In this document: positions 41,186-54,264 of the stretch, piece by piece
Layout of the letters: each line of letters starts with the position of its first letter
Position numbering within the stretch: the stretch's first letter is position 1
Assembly (NCBI RefSeq): GCF_037042905.1
Contig: NC_087252.1
Span: 11,718,001-11,782,000 of the forward strand
Source: Lytechinus pictus
Lineage: Eukaryota
Reading direction: 5' to 3'
Length of the DNA stretch: 64,000 nucleotides
Position numbers and translations under genes: made by a program
Notes under the pieces: generated by a model
Told to the model about the DNA's origin: nothing
The model's input: only the letters and a program-made list of their open reading frames with translations
Database searches by the model: none

Positions 41186-42669
41186 CGTTCAGTCACCGAC
41201 ACAGTTTCGAGATATCTATGCAGTGCAATGCTTGATCACGAACGCAAATAGAATGAGAACATGAACAAATATTAACCTAATAGACCGCATACTCTTGAGA
41301 ACTGGTCGGTGATTTATGATACGTAGTCATTGTCAGATTGCAGTATCTTATATCGAATGAATCGGTTTCACAATCTTGAAAGGTTACAGGCTTAATTACT
41401 CCAACAAGTGCTGGCGCTCTTTCAGGCAGTAATCATGGTAAAATCCTCTTGTAAAAGAGAGTGATTGACTTTTAAGGTAATTTAAGCCTTGCATTTATTC
41501 TAAATTTTGAAAATATTGCATTATTTTTAATGGATCTCACTTAGGTCTTTTTAATATGCACTAAAGCAAATGAATATGCAAAATGGGTATATTTTGTAGG
41601 GAAAATAATTATTTTTTTTGCTAAACTAAAGCTATTTATATCACTCATCGTTATACATTTCATCTACAGGAAGTGAACAAGTCATTTGGATAGAAAAAAA
41701 AGGTACATTTCAAGCACGAAAACAAAAAAAAAAAACCAGAAAAAACCCCCACAGGAATGCTTTTTTCATGGGGCGCACTGGGTACTCTCCTAAAAGGTCG
41801 TACAGTGCGCCAACTATCGTCAAGAAATATCACCCTCTCAACTTCATTACTTATATGTTGTACTGAGCATCAAATATTTGCGTACCGTAATTCCAATGCT
41901 AGAACCAAACTCTTCAAACAAAAAATTAATAAATAAAACATCAAGAATACCAATTCGCTTACTTCACATCTATCGTAGATTAGCTGTAAAGAACGTTCAA
42001 GAGAGTAACCTACTTCACTGGAAAGAAATACGTGATATCATTTTGCAAGGCAATAGTTTATTAATAATGAACATATCTGATTTGAATTTATTTTCAACAT
42101 CTCATACTCTTATACAAATTGTAGAGACGTGATTGAATCCCTCTCTCCCTCTTATTACGCAAAGTGCGTTTCGCAAAATGACAGACCACTCAAATGATCT
42201 GGTTACTGATGCCGAAAAACCGAAGTAGGGAATATAAGAAAAGTACGTATGAGAAAATATAAGGAAGTATTCCAAGAGAATTTGAACTTAACGTTTATTC
42301 GACTGAAATAGACTACGATCATACGGTAATATATATTTCAGCCATTCCAAAACAAAATTGGAGAGTGAAAATAATCTAATTGGAAAAAAAGATGTCTTGA
42401 AAATAAGGAATGTGAAGTTGACACTATATTAACTTTTAATGCGTCCATCAATAGACAGAAACGATCAAGTATATTTTAAATCAATTGAAAAAGAAATAAA
42501 GCAAAGCAAATGAAATTTTATTTTGAAAATTATTACCATTTAAAATAGTGATGGAAGGAAATGAACGGTAAAAGTGACACCTGAATCATTGGAACTGGAC
42601 TTTGCGTTAGTTGAAAAAACTTGCCGTTATACCACTTTGTAGAACTTTGACTGGTCCTTGTTCTTCGAC

Positions 42670-42922
42670 AGCGAAGATGGTTTAAGATTTCGTCTGCTTC
42701 TGGTCGACAATTAGCTGATTAGTTGGATCTTGATTAGATAAATATTAAGAGTAGATAGTTTTGAAGGATATTTGAAAAACGGAGTTACGGTTATTAACAA
42801 TAACAATACCACTTTCATCAAATAATCTTGCGTTAAATAATTTCCTTGCCCCGCCATGAATAGAGCTGAAGATGTCGTCTGGTTCTGGTCGACGATGAGT
42901 CGAGAAGGTGGATCAAGGATGG
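42670..42922 (-). pseudogene. Two orphan FN3 exon 5' fragments
   Basis: 42922 to about 42846 encodes ILDPPSRLIVDQNQTTSSALFMAGQ, then homology is lost. About 42737-42670 encodes NQDPTNQLIVDQKQTKS* with a mutated acceptor. No leader or V exons lie upstream of them before 44.1 kb. Confidence 0.7.
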
Positions 42923-42993
42923 CTGGATTTTAGCGGTAGGGGTGATAATACATTCACAATTAAACTATTGAGTCACCATTAGCTATTGTTTAA

Positions 42994-43859
42994 AGACCCT
43001 GACCGGTGTAAAAACAATCATATATCAAAATAAAGGTAATGATTCATACAATACGAATATACCAAAAATATTATATATATCTCCTTCCAATAGTTAAAAA
43101 TATTAAATAAAAATCAATGAAACTGCTCCTCCAAAGTACGCTTCGATTGAGCACCCCCACGTCGCCTGGAAATGATGACGTCACGTTGTGTCAGGAGGGT
43201 TGTGATTCCATAGGTTTGTGTACAAAAGCATTGGGTATTTTCTTCCATTTCCATGTTATGAATCCATTTTTTTTTTCGTTTTCAGATGAAAATGGCACTC
43301 AAAATTATTCACTGTTCAAATTGTTGTAAACCTACAACTATTCACTACCTTTTTTGTGATTTCTTTGTTTGGCTCTTATTGGGCCTAAATTGCTATGTCA
43401 GGAAAAGTTGTTATACATAATCTAAATGCAGATAGAATTGAAATCTGCGCCAAATAAGCAGAAAATAAAATATGGCAAAAACTAGTTCAAAACTGCAGAT
43501 TTCATAAATTCAAGCTTGTGGGTAAAAATATATGTGATATCCCTCTGTGATAGAAGTGAAGAGAATGAAATGCGTTATCTGGAAAGCAAAAAAATCACCC
43601 AGTTGTTTTGTGTACAAACCTATGGAATCACGACGCTTCTTACACAACGTGACGTCACGGTCTCGAGGCAGGTGAAAAGCACAATAAAGCCTATTTTCTA
43701 AGCGGGGTTCGAAACCCGATAATTGGAATATTCTTAAGCAAAATACTCAGCTGGGAAGCGGTGAAAATGCATAAAGCATACCTTGGTGTATTTAGTAGCT
43801 TATAAGCTTTCGATTGGTATATAATTTATCAATTTCATTTTCGGGTCCGGTCTGGATCT
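42994..43859. mobile_element. Non-autonomous TTAA DNA transposon (Kolobok-like)
   Basis: ttaa|agaccctgaccgg ... ccggtctggatct|ttaa, with symmetric internal tgacgtcacg motifs. The empty site would be the palindrome attgtttaaacaat. Confidence 0.75.
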
Positions 43860-44104
43860 TTAAACAATGAACTTTAATAGTAATCGATTATGTTTTAGAA
43901 ATTAGCTGAAACACCTAATCCGATCGGGTAAATATTATTTTTAGAAGCTGTTAGTTGTTTCTAACATGAGTACAACGATGAATACGCATTAAACAGTAAT
44001 GATATTAGTATTTGTTATCACTATTTCAAATCGATCAATTCACTTCAGTGAATATTGGTTTAACAGTACCTCCTTTTTCAATTTCTCCCATGATTAATAT
44101 ACAG

Positions 44105-47100
44105 TGATAGGACTATTCTCAGTGAACCAGCTGTGAGTTCTGATGGTATAGGGTCATTCTCTACTAGTTCACCAATCACAGATGATACACCGCCCTCTAG
44201 AGACAGTGATATGTACACCTCAAGATATTGTGGTGAGGTGATATCCATTTCATGCAGGAGCCAGTCTTTACTCAAGCAGGATTTTTTAAGGGGATGTGAC
44301 ACTGAATAGGATTTCCCCATAGAAATAGGATGTTTGAAACTTGTAAGAGTGATATATTTTGGGAAGGTTTAAAAAAAAGTGTATCAGGGTACTCACTTTT
44401 ATAATTATAAGGGGAGCAATAAAGCTATCCTAAAACATTTGGGGTGCACTACAAAAAGCTCTTCTTTGACATACAAGGGGAGCTCCCTTGTCCAATTTCA
44501 AAATGGATGGAGGAACATACACTGAGTTACAACCTACAACTAAAGGAGACAAACAATCAGATATAGATCTGTGCAATATTTATCTCCTTGAAGTTTTTAA
44601 TGTCATTTGCTTGCAATATAATTGTGTGTTGTTTACAAAACCTTGACAGAGAATGAGGTTTTGAAGGTTAGGTTGACTCTAACAGTTTGATCATTGACTG
44701 ACACTCTTGTTAAGCAATTGCCGAGACGTGTGATAAATCGCTCGACCAAAAGTGGATTAAGGAGAGCAGTAGCGAATGATCACTCTCACTCCCCTTAAAA
44801 CTGAGTCCCTGTTGTATAGACTTAAAATAGGATTAAGATAAATAATGAATTTTTACAATTAAGGTTTGCAGCTCTTCTCAAGTCCATAGCTTTCTCCGTT
44901 GCATGAAATATGGTAGACTTTGCATTAAAATGTCAAACTTTCTTTAAATAATCACCTAAATTGAAGCGTTATTTCATGCCAGAGCATGCAAAACCTATTA
45001 AAATAACATCTTCCGAGTCAAATTTCGCCTACCGGTAAGTGAAAGAGAATTCTGTTGTTCCAAGGGATTTGAATTTCATTGCCAAAGTCACCTGTATATA
45101 CATTCAAGTTATTCAACAGAATTCAGGATGTATATTATCATGTGGAGTCACAGAATTTCCACAAAATCACAATTATGTCCATCGGCCCAAACAATTAAAA
45201 AAATGCAGGAAAAGAACAAACACTGCGTTTAAGTACATTATTTAAATATAACCTGTTTGCTCTGTTTTGCATGTGTTTGTGAAGTAACAGGTGTATTAAT
45301 GATCGTATTATTTTGTCCTGTAATACTGTACACTGGCCTTCAAAGTTTTGTGCATGCTACCATTGTTTCTATTACTTTGTCATTATTTGTATATATGCCA
45401 CAGAAAAAATCTTATTCCTGGAAAGCTATAGATTCTCCAGCATGGCATTTCCATAAGACAGACAACCTTTTTTTTCATATCCGATCCCAATCAATCAATG
45501 TCTTTCTAATTTTCTTTTTTGCTGTGGATTTTGACATCATTCTTTACTATTTAAAACCTGTGATTTTTTGTATTTAGTTTGAAATTTGTAAGTTGTGTAA
45601 TCACATTGTCCCTTCCTTACAGACAAAGAAAACATACCAAGGCCCCCGCTCTTCCCAGCCAATCTCAATTACACACAGCGCCCTCAACGCCCTGAGGAAG
45701 ACATTCTACAACAGTGGCGTATGAGACGTCGGATGGAGCAGGCTAAAGAGGGAGCCCTTCATAGAGTACTAGGTCAAATGTCAGAACGCCCTCTCAGGCC
45801 GACTCAGGTGGATAATGTCAGTGGAGGGAAAGATAGAGATGTAAGGATTGAGTTTGTCAAACGTATTTTGTTGGTGTGGGAAATGCCAAATTGTGTTTAG
45901 AGGTTCATGTCAATCATGTTTATTTCTCAAATTGGCAACACTGATTTTACATTCATTACAGATGAAAGAAAAGGAAGTTAAGGGAAATCAATCTGATTGA
46001 GGATTTGATGAAAAAATTGCCAATTCTCATAATGGAGATAGTGATTACTTATCTAACAGTGTTGCCAATTTAGAGATTTTGAAGGAAACTGGTCATTCTC
46101 AGTTATAATGCTAGTATTACACACGAGTCATCATCGGAACAGGAACAAGAATTTTCCAGTTTTCATGTGTTTGCCCCTTTTCTGCTCATATTCATTTGTG
46201 AATGCTTGGTTTCCGAATTTGAAAAAAAATTCCATCAAGCCACTTCACAGAAAGAAAAGACAATGTACCTTTATGGATTTTTTACAAGATTTACAATGCT
46301 CCTATTGGAACAAACTGTATTTTCTTATTGAAATAATTGGATTAATGGCCCTATGTCCTTTTTTGTATACAGACAAACATGGAAGAGATGAGGATTGAAA
46401 TCTCTCTCTAGACACATTCAAAAAAATGATCTCTGCAAATACACAATATATATAATTTTTTTCATGCAAATGTACACATAAAAATCCCTACATGACCAAT
46501 CAAAGAGTCTACCATCTTTGTTTTAAATGATCGCAAGTGCGCTTTGGCATATTTTTTTCACCATTCTAATAGTAGATCTATACTTTGCAATCCATTTCCT
46601 TGAAATAGAAAAGTGTGATTGAAAGGAATGAACAATTTTTGAAGGGAAAAGAGACAGTACTGCTATTAATTTGATGTACACCTGCATTTAGATTTTAATT
46701 CAAGTTTTTATATGATTGTTTGTATTCTTGATGATAAATATTACACGTATAGATGTTGATGTACTTTCATTAAGACAGGTATTTGTAGTACATGTATCTG
46801 AATTATGTGAAGAATACATGTTAATCAAATTTTTTTTTTCTTTTCGCAACTGCGTCCTGTTACTTTACTTTTGGTGCTTTTGAGAAAATCCAATCATTAT
46901 AACATCTTTTCTGTTTTCAATATGGTATATGGTAAATTGTTTCAAAATGTAGTAATAAAGAAGTTTTCTGAACAGCAATGGTTTCTGCAGAGTCAGTTGC
47001 ATACTTTGTTTTTTTAAATAATTGATTGTATTGCTTTCACCACTAATGTTAAATCATTTTACTTTCCGATTACTACATGTTTTATATGTATAAAATGATG

Positions 47101-50100
47101 TATTATAGTGTTACACATTAAGATTTTGATTCAAGTCTTTATGATTATTTTTATTCTTGATGATAAATATTACACGTATAGATGTTCATGTACTTTCATT
47201 AAACAGGTATTTGTAGTACATGTATCTGAATTATGTGAAGAATACATGTAAATCAAATTATTTCTTTCTTTTCGCAACTGCTTCTTGTTACTTTGCTTTC
47301 GGTGCTTTTGAGAAAAGCCCGTCATTATAACATCTTTTCTGTTTTCAATATGGTATATGGTAAATTGTTTCAAAATGTAGTAATAAAGAAGTTTTTTGAA
47401 CAGCAATGGTTTCTGCAGAGTCAGTTGCATACTTTGTTTTTTTAAATAATTGATTGTATTGCTTTCACCACTAATGTTTAATCATTTTACTTTCCAATTA
47501 CTACATGTTTTATATGTATGAAATGATGTATTATAGTGTATCACACTCTCAAAAGTTTATCCAACATAAATGGATTGACTATTAAAAAAATGAAATTACA
47601 TTCTTGATTCATGAATCAGTGACTGTTTTCTGATTTTATTAACTTTTTATTTTTTTCAGGAAGGAGGTTCCAGGCTTGAAGACTTCCGAAGGCGTTTGCA
47701 ACAGCAGAAACTTCTAACCGAAGCAAGAGTGGCAAGCAATGTTCAACAAGGGCCTGCTAAAGATGCCACCACAACTCACACTGGGACGGATCCTATCCAA
47801 CAATCCATTGCAACACAGACAAGAAGAGGAGAGTCATCTTGCATACAGACTGGTAGTGGTTCCCATTTCTATGATCAAGCAAGCCGTTTGGAACAAGAAA
47901 GAACATTGAGAAGTGATACCTTGCGGGAAGGAGAGGAGGAATGTCCTCAGCCATATCCAGTAGCTAGTCCAAATGTCCAGGCTGCTGAATCTCGAGGGGG
48001 TCATGACCCGATGTCAGTTCCCAATGTCGTCCCTCATTTGCATATGTCATGTGATATACTGCCCTGTGGTGAAAGGGGTCCCCATGTGCATACAGATAGG
48101 GACGTCAAAGAGAGAGTGGATAATGTGGGACGTGGAAAATTAGACCTAGACCATACTGAGTCTCGGCATAAACATCCTTATGGACATGATCATTACAGAA
48201 GAGTTAGAAGAGATAATGCATCAACAGATTTGCAACACAAACAAGCAACATTCCCCAATGAGAAAGACCAAAGAATATTACATTTACCTCAAAATACCCA
48301 TCATCAAGAGAAGCAACCCGAAAATTGGTCTGAAACATGGACAGATGAAGCTGAGTGTAACCTGCATAGTTCAGGGGGACATGACGGAACATCCCATTAT
48401 GATGTACCAAGCAAGGATCCTCGAACCTTGTCTTCAGATTATATCCAAGAGATGGTATCAGGAGAGTCTTCATATGATCAAAGTCGGTTACTGGATACTG
48501 GGCAGCGATCTGCTGTTGATGATACCAGAACAGTTGATCATCATCAAGCACTACCAAGTAGGACAAGAACTCCAACCGACTCCTGCAGAACAGTGAAGTC
48601 TGCTCAAAATGAGGCTCAAATAATGGACACTAGGCAACCTTCTGCTTCTGAAGTTACAAGAACATCTGATCAAACATCAGCAACTAGGACAAGAACTCTG
48701 CAGGGCTTGCAGGAGGACATAATACATGATACCTCCTTAGGAGAAATGCAGGAGAGACATATTACCAAACAGCAGCAAAGACCAGATGATGGAGATGATG
48801 AAGATGGAGCAAAACGTCGGCTACAGTTTGGCTCCTCCTCGCCTATAAACAGTGCGATTGGACAAGTAAGTATATAGTGGTATGACACAGAACTGTTTGA
48901 TAAATGAATACTTAACCCGTTGCCCACTTCAACTGGATGATCCTGTACAAAGCCTATGGGAATCACAGGATTCAGTATTCAACGGGTTATATGAATTGAA
49001 TTGAAATGATGATTGTATTATCCTCCTTTAGGAATCTTGCCTTTCACTGGTGCACTACAAATACAAACATTTATAAACTAAGTTAAGTTTACAAATGATA
49101 AAAAGGAAAATATAAATTAAAATTCCATGTCAGTAGAGAAATAGATTTGATGTTTACATAGGGTCAATGTTTGTGAAATGAATTAACAAATAAGAGAACT
49201 ATTAACCAGTCAGGCATTGATTTGACAGTTTAGTCATCATTCACAAAAGAAATATAAGTTACAAATGTTTACCAATGAATTCATACTTTGGGGCATTCTT
49301 CATTGATTCAATAACAATGATGTTTGATTTGACCTTATTTTTTATTCATATTCTCTGTTACACAAACGACAGTCAATGAACAAAACTGATTTGTTAATGC
49401 ATCCCTGCGAATTATAATTCATCTCATACATGTACAGTAATTTACACAAAGTTTACAAATACACATATACTATACGTACAAAAACATATTTACATACATT
49501 GATACATGTACATAACATGATTGATACAATATGAGTAGTGGAATGATATACATGTAGTAAAAAGCATGACTTGTAAGATGTAGATAGGTCCCCTAATTGA
49601 TAATTGATACAAAAGGCTTTTTTTTCTTTTGTCATTGTTTTGCAGAAAAAAATATATGCAAAACTTGATTCCACATTGTGACATACAAAGGTACATACAT
49701 ATTTGGGGTGCCATTTTGTTTCTGAAAAAAGTAATCAAAAGAAACACCTTTTAATTTGCTACATCATGATGAAATTAGTGTAAAACTACATATTTTTTGG
49801 ACAAATTTCTTTTCACTAATCTAATGCCATGCCCACTGTGTATGTCACAAAGCGATCAAGGTATTTTTTCATGTATTTTTTAAAATTTGTATTTTACTCT
49901 TTTATTTTTAATTTCAATTCAATTCTATTTTCATTTATTTCATTCAAAATTAAAGACAATTACATGGTAAAAATATATATACAATAAACTAGAATGTGAA
50001 GATAGGTTGGAAGAACATTGAAGTCTTATGAAATGCTGCCACCAATGATACAAACAATTAAAACCAATTAATACACAAAAACAAATGAAAAGAGAGCATA

Positions 50101-53100
50101 TTTCAAATGAATAACAAGATGATACATGTAACATAAATTAAGCGATTAACAAAACCTTACAAACCCTAAACAGTCATAACAAAACAAAAAGATAAATATG
50201 AGCCTGATTATTTACATGTAATTTTGTAACAGTTGTTTCTTATAATTCTTTTTTAAAAACATTTGAAGCCAGTAGGCAGTGTGGATTCTGTTTTCCTTTA
50301 GTGATGGCTAAATATTTATTATGAAAAATGTAAAAAGATTTGAAAACAGATTGTGGTAGGGATGTGTGATATAGTTCTAGTTTCTGATGTTATATATTTT
50401 TTTACTTCCTTATTGTCGTTGTGTGCATATTGTACATGAAATCAAATGACTTGCATTGCTTTTTTATACTTTGTTGTTGGGCATCTCAAATCAATACTCG
50501 ATGCATTTCATACTAAATGGATTGAGGGAATACAAATAACATTTTAGTGGATACAGACTAAAAAGGTGATTTTGCATTTTTATTGTTCGGTGGGGAAATA
50601 AGGCATTCATTCATATTTTATTGTCTGTTTTTATTGTAGGAAAATTAATCAGCCTGTATTTCTGTAATGATTGAATACATCACTGTAAACATAATTGTAA
50701 AGAATGTTTTTCGTGTGTCAATACAATGTATATAACAAAACGAAAAGAAAAGAAGAAAAAACCTGAGTCACTCATAGTGGTATTCGTCCAAGCAATTCCT
50801 CCTGATAGTGTTGTGATGAAATGAATATCTTGGATTTACAGAAAAATAAAGGAAAGATGAGAGTGACATACAAGTAGATAATTTGATGCAGTTTAACCAA
50901 AATGTCTACATTATAGGGAGCATATTTATGCAATGAATTTAAAAAATACCTTATTTATCTTATTTATCAATTGAATACAAGCTTGTTACATCAAAAAGTC
51001 TTGTACCTGACTGACATCTTCATTTGATTTGCAGGAACAATGATAAGGATGTATCTGATATGCATATTCACCATCATAAATCCCAAATAAATTCCATTGT
51101 TAACTCTTGTTTTTGACATCATTATTGAAGAAACATGGTTGCCCCCTTACAGACATACACAAGTACCTTATTTATCAATTGAATACGAGGTTGTTACATA
51201 AAAAAGTGTTGTACCTCACTGATATCTTCATTTGATTTGCAGGAACAATGATAAGGATGTATCTGATATGCATCATCACCATCATAAATCCCAAATAAAT
51301 TCCATTGTTAAATGCTATAAATACATATGTACATTAAACCAAAATTATTTTTAAAGCTTAATACATGTACATGTAGTAAAAAGAAATTAATATATGATAT
51401 AATTTATCAAAAGAATAGAGATCAATAGCTGCTTTACAGAACAAAAAAATTGGGAACAAATTAGTAAAGGAAAACAAACATTAGTAAAGGAAAACAAACA
51501 ACACACAATATGATTTTGATTTCTATCTTACATTCAAAGAATGATATGGTGAAAATTCTTGGTGTCTTCAATACTTTTTTTTTCATTTATTCTGAATGCT
51601 CTGTATTTGTGTCAACTGATATTATTGATTATTTCCACATATAGCATGGCCTCTTGATCGAGAGCACTCATTATTTGAAAGCACTTATGAAAACAATCAG
51701 TTCAAGTACACAACAACAGCATTCATGTAATGTATCTAGAGGGTGTGATTTATTTATCATTGGTTAGTTTTGAATGGTGTCATGGCGTGTTTTGCTTGAA
51801 GAAGATCTAGTTGAATGCAGTTTCTCTCTTCAGATTCTTTAATTGTTGTATAATTGAAATCTATGACTTTGTCATCCGTGTAACCTTAGATATAACTGAA
51901 TTAACAATTATATAAATTGCTCTTCCTTTCAACCACTTTCAATTTCTGAACCATCTCATTCTATCTCTTTTTATCTTGAAGGTTATTAGTGATAGGATGT
52001 TCAGCTCCCCGAAAGGTCAAAGGTCGATCCCGTCAAGTCAAAGGTCAACACCATCGAGCATCAGATCATTTGCATTGAGCCAGGATACGTTGATGTTTAC
52101 TCCACCAGTAGAGAGGAAAGCTTCTTCACAAGAGAGAATATCAAAAGGTATTAAATGCTGAAAGAAAGTTGTAAATGAAATAAAGGAAAGTCATCTTCAG
52201 ACCTTCTGCTTCTCATAATATACATTGTTAAAGACTTTTGTCTTTATAAGATAAATAGAGAATGCTATATTTGAGCCTTCAATTCGTATTCACTTTAGTC
52301 CCCAGATCAAATAATGAATTGCACTTTTTGTGATATTTGTTATTTGAAGACCCCCCCTCCCACAAATAATAAACTGGATGCCCATGTTATTCCGTACATG
52401 AGGCTTGAAAATTATTCCCTTATCAACCAATCCAAAGTAAAATTCGTATTAAGTATTCCCCTGTCTGTCTTAATTACTTGGATATATGACAGCATGAATG
52501 AATTATGAATAATGATAATAATAAAATTTGGCTTTGTATGTAGTGCATATTATCTTGCACTTGACAGATATCTTATAACTCAGTCCTTTGATTCATTTTT
52601 TTTTCATTTACTCAGTTTGGTTTGATATCAATACAAAGATCTGAAATTATAGTGTAAGTAGTTCAGATGCCCCCAAAGTGAATGCTTGCTTAATGCTTGC
52701 TTAATGAGATAACCTGATTTATTATTTTAATAATTGATTTATTGGTATGGAAACTTACGAGCAAGATTATTGTAGTTCATGATGACTTCTGTTTGAGATG
52801 AAATTACATATACATTGGTACACCTATTAATATTCCCCCTCAAGGATTTTTGAAGTTTTTATACCATTTGAATAGTGCTTCAAATATGTAGTGATAGTTT
52901 TCAGCAGGTATTTTTAAATTGTTATGGGAGGTTTCATTTGCATTAGAAGGGAAGTATCATCTTAATTATATGTATAAAGCTGTGGCACAAATCAAACCTC
53001 TACATGTATGCTTTTGAGGAAGTTTTTATCTAAAAGCAAAAGTAATACAAGATTTAGAAATGTTTTTATGTGGATATATAATCTTGAGTTTCCTACAAAA

Positions 53101-54264
53101 TTTCTTAATGAGATCATGATGCATTAAATCAGCAAAAAGCATTCATGTAAAGATACGAAGATGTCCATTGAACCCCTCGTTATCATTTTTTAGTCTTTAT
53201 TTTCATTTTTTCAAAAACATTGATCTACTCTTTGCCACAATCATTTTTTAATCTCCATTGTCTTATAATTTTTTCCCAGTCACTTTTGACACATATTTTC
53301 TCTCCTCTTCTTTATCACATAACTTTTTTCCTCTCTTATTTGTCACATACTTTCTCCTCTCTTTCCTCCATTCTTCTCACATACTTTCAACACTCTTCTC
53401 TGTTGCACACTTTCTTTGCCACACACATTCTTTTTACACCAATTCATCTACCATACTTTGTCAAATACTTTGGACACTCTTGTTGCCTTACATTCCTACT
53501 TTACTTCGTCACATTCTCTATGCCCGTCTGACACACACTTTCCCCCCTCTTATTTGATATCTACTTCCTTCACTCTCCTCTTTCACACACTTTCTGCACT
53601 CTTCTTTCTTTGTCACACACTTGTAATGCTCTGCTTTGTCACACAATTTCCTCCAGTTTTCCATGTCATCCTTGGTATCTTCGATCTGTTCCTTTTTATG
53701 GTCTTTACTTTACGCTATTAATTCCTTCACTCTCCTTTTTCACACACTTTCTGCACTCTTCTTTCTTTGTCACACACTTGTAATGCTCTGCTTCGTCACA
53801 CAATATCCTCCAGTTTTCCATGTCACCCTCTGTATCTTCGATCTGTTCCCTTTTATGGTATTTACTTTATGCTATTAATTCCTTCACTCTCCTTTTTCAC
53901 ACACTTTCTGCACTCTTTCTCTGTCACACACTTCTAATGCTCTGCTTTGTCGAACAATTACCTCCACTTTCTCATGTCACCCACTCTATCTTTCAGCTCT
54001 CCCATTTTGTGGTAGTTATTCAATGCTACGTTTATTTAAAAGCTGGGTATTTGGCTAAGCACTGTATTTCCTATTTTGATCCCCTTAATTTCAGATATAC
54101 TTCCAGAGCCTCCCGATCCTGAACCCCCCGAGTCTGCTGGTAGCTCTGACAGCGAAGAATTCAAAGATGATGAAATGCTTCAAGTCCTCCGCAAGCAGAG
54201 AGAAGAATGCATACGGAAGCTGAATCATCTAGATAGCCTGCTTTCTCATACAAGTAAACATTGA
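44105..54264 (+). CDS. PROSER3: PROSER3-like (proline and serine-rich protein 3), last five coding exons; 5' end not in window
   Basis: Phase-compatible ag/gt exons 44105-44232, 45623-45840, 47660-48865, 51982-52147 and 54095-54264 (TGA). The motifs PEEDILQQWRMRRRMEQA, SAIGQ|VISDRMF and EFKDDEMLQVLRKQREE resemble the PROSER3 conserved blocks as I recall them. The assignment has not been confirmed by a search. Confidence 0.75.
46690..47540. repeat. Intronic tandem duplication, two copies of about 430 bp
   Basis: agatttt(a/g)attcaagt...tattatagtgt begins at about 46690 and again at about 47121, with high similarity. Confidence 0.9.
50958..51311. repeat. Intronic near-tandem duplication of about 145 bp
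   Basis: cttatttatcaattgaatac...ccaaataaattccattgttaa occurs at about 50959-51103 and about 51167-51311. Confidence 0.85.
53565..53990. repeat. Pyrimidine-rich tandem repeat, about 157-bp unit, about 2.7 copies
   Basis: ttccttcactctc...cacacactttctgcactct recurs at about 53565, 53722 and 53879. Confidence 0.85.

Noticed and set aside
44190-44203. Good CTCF-like match on the minus strand (TCTCTAGAGGGCGG), convergent with the promoter motifs
   Set aside because: It lies inside a coding exon of the PROSER3-like gene, and a single match is not distinguishable from chance without binding data.
47696-48877. 393-aa ORF as a stand-alone gene or transposase
   Set aside because: It is bounded by splice sites (47660, 48865) and is a low-complexity internal exon of the PROSER3-like gene.
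53220-54122. Several hydrophobic ~100-aa ORFs
   Set aside because: They are translations of a pyrimidine-rich intronic tandem repeat, with no splice or homology support.
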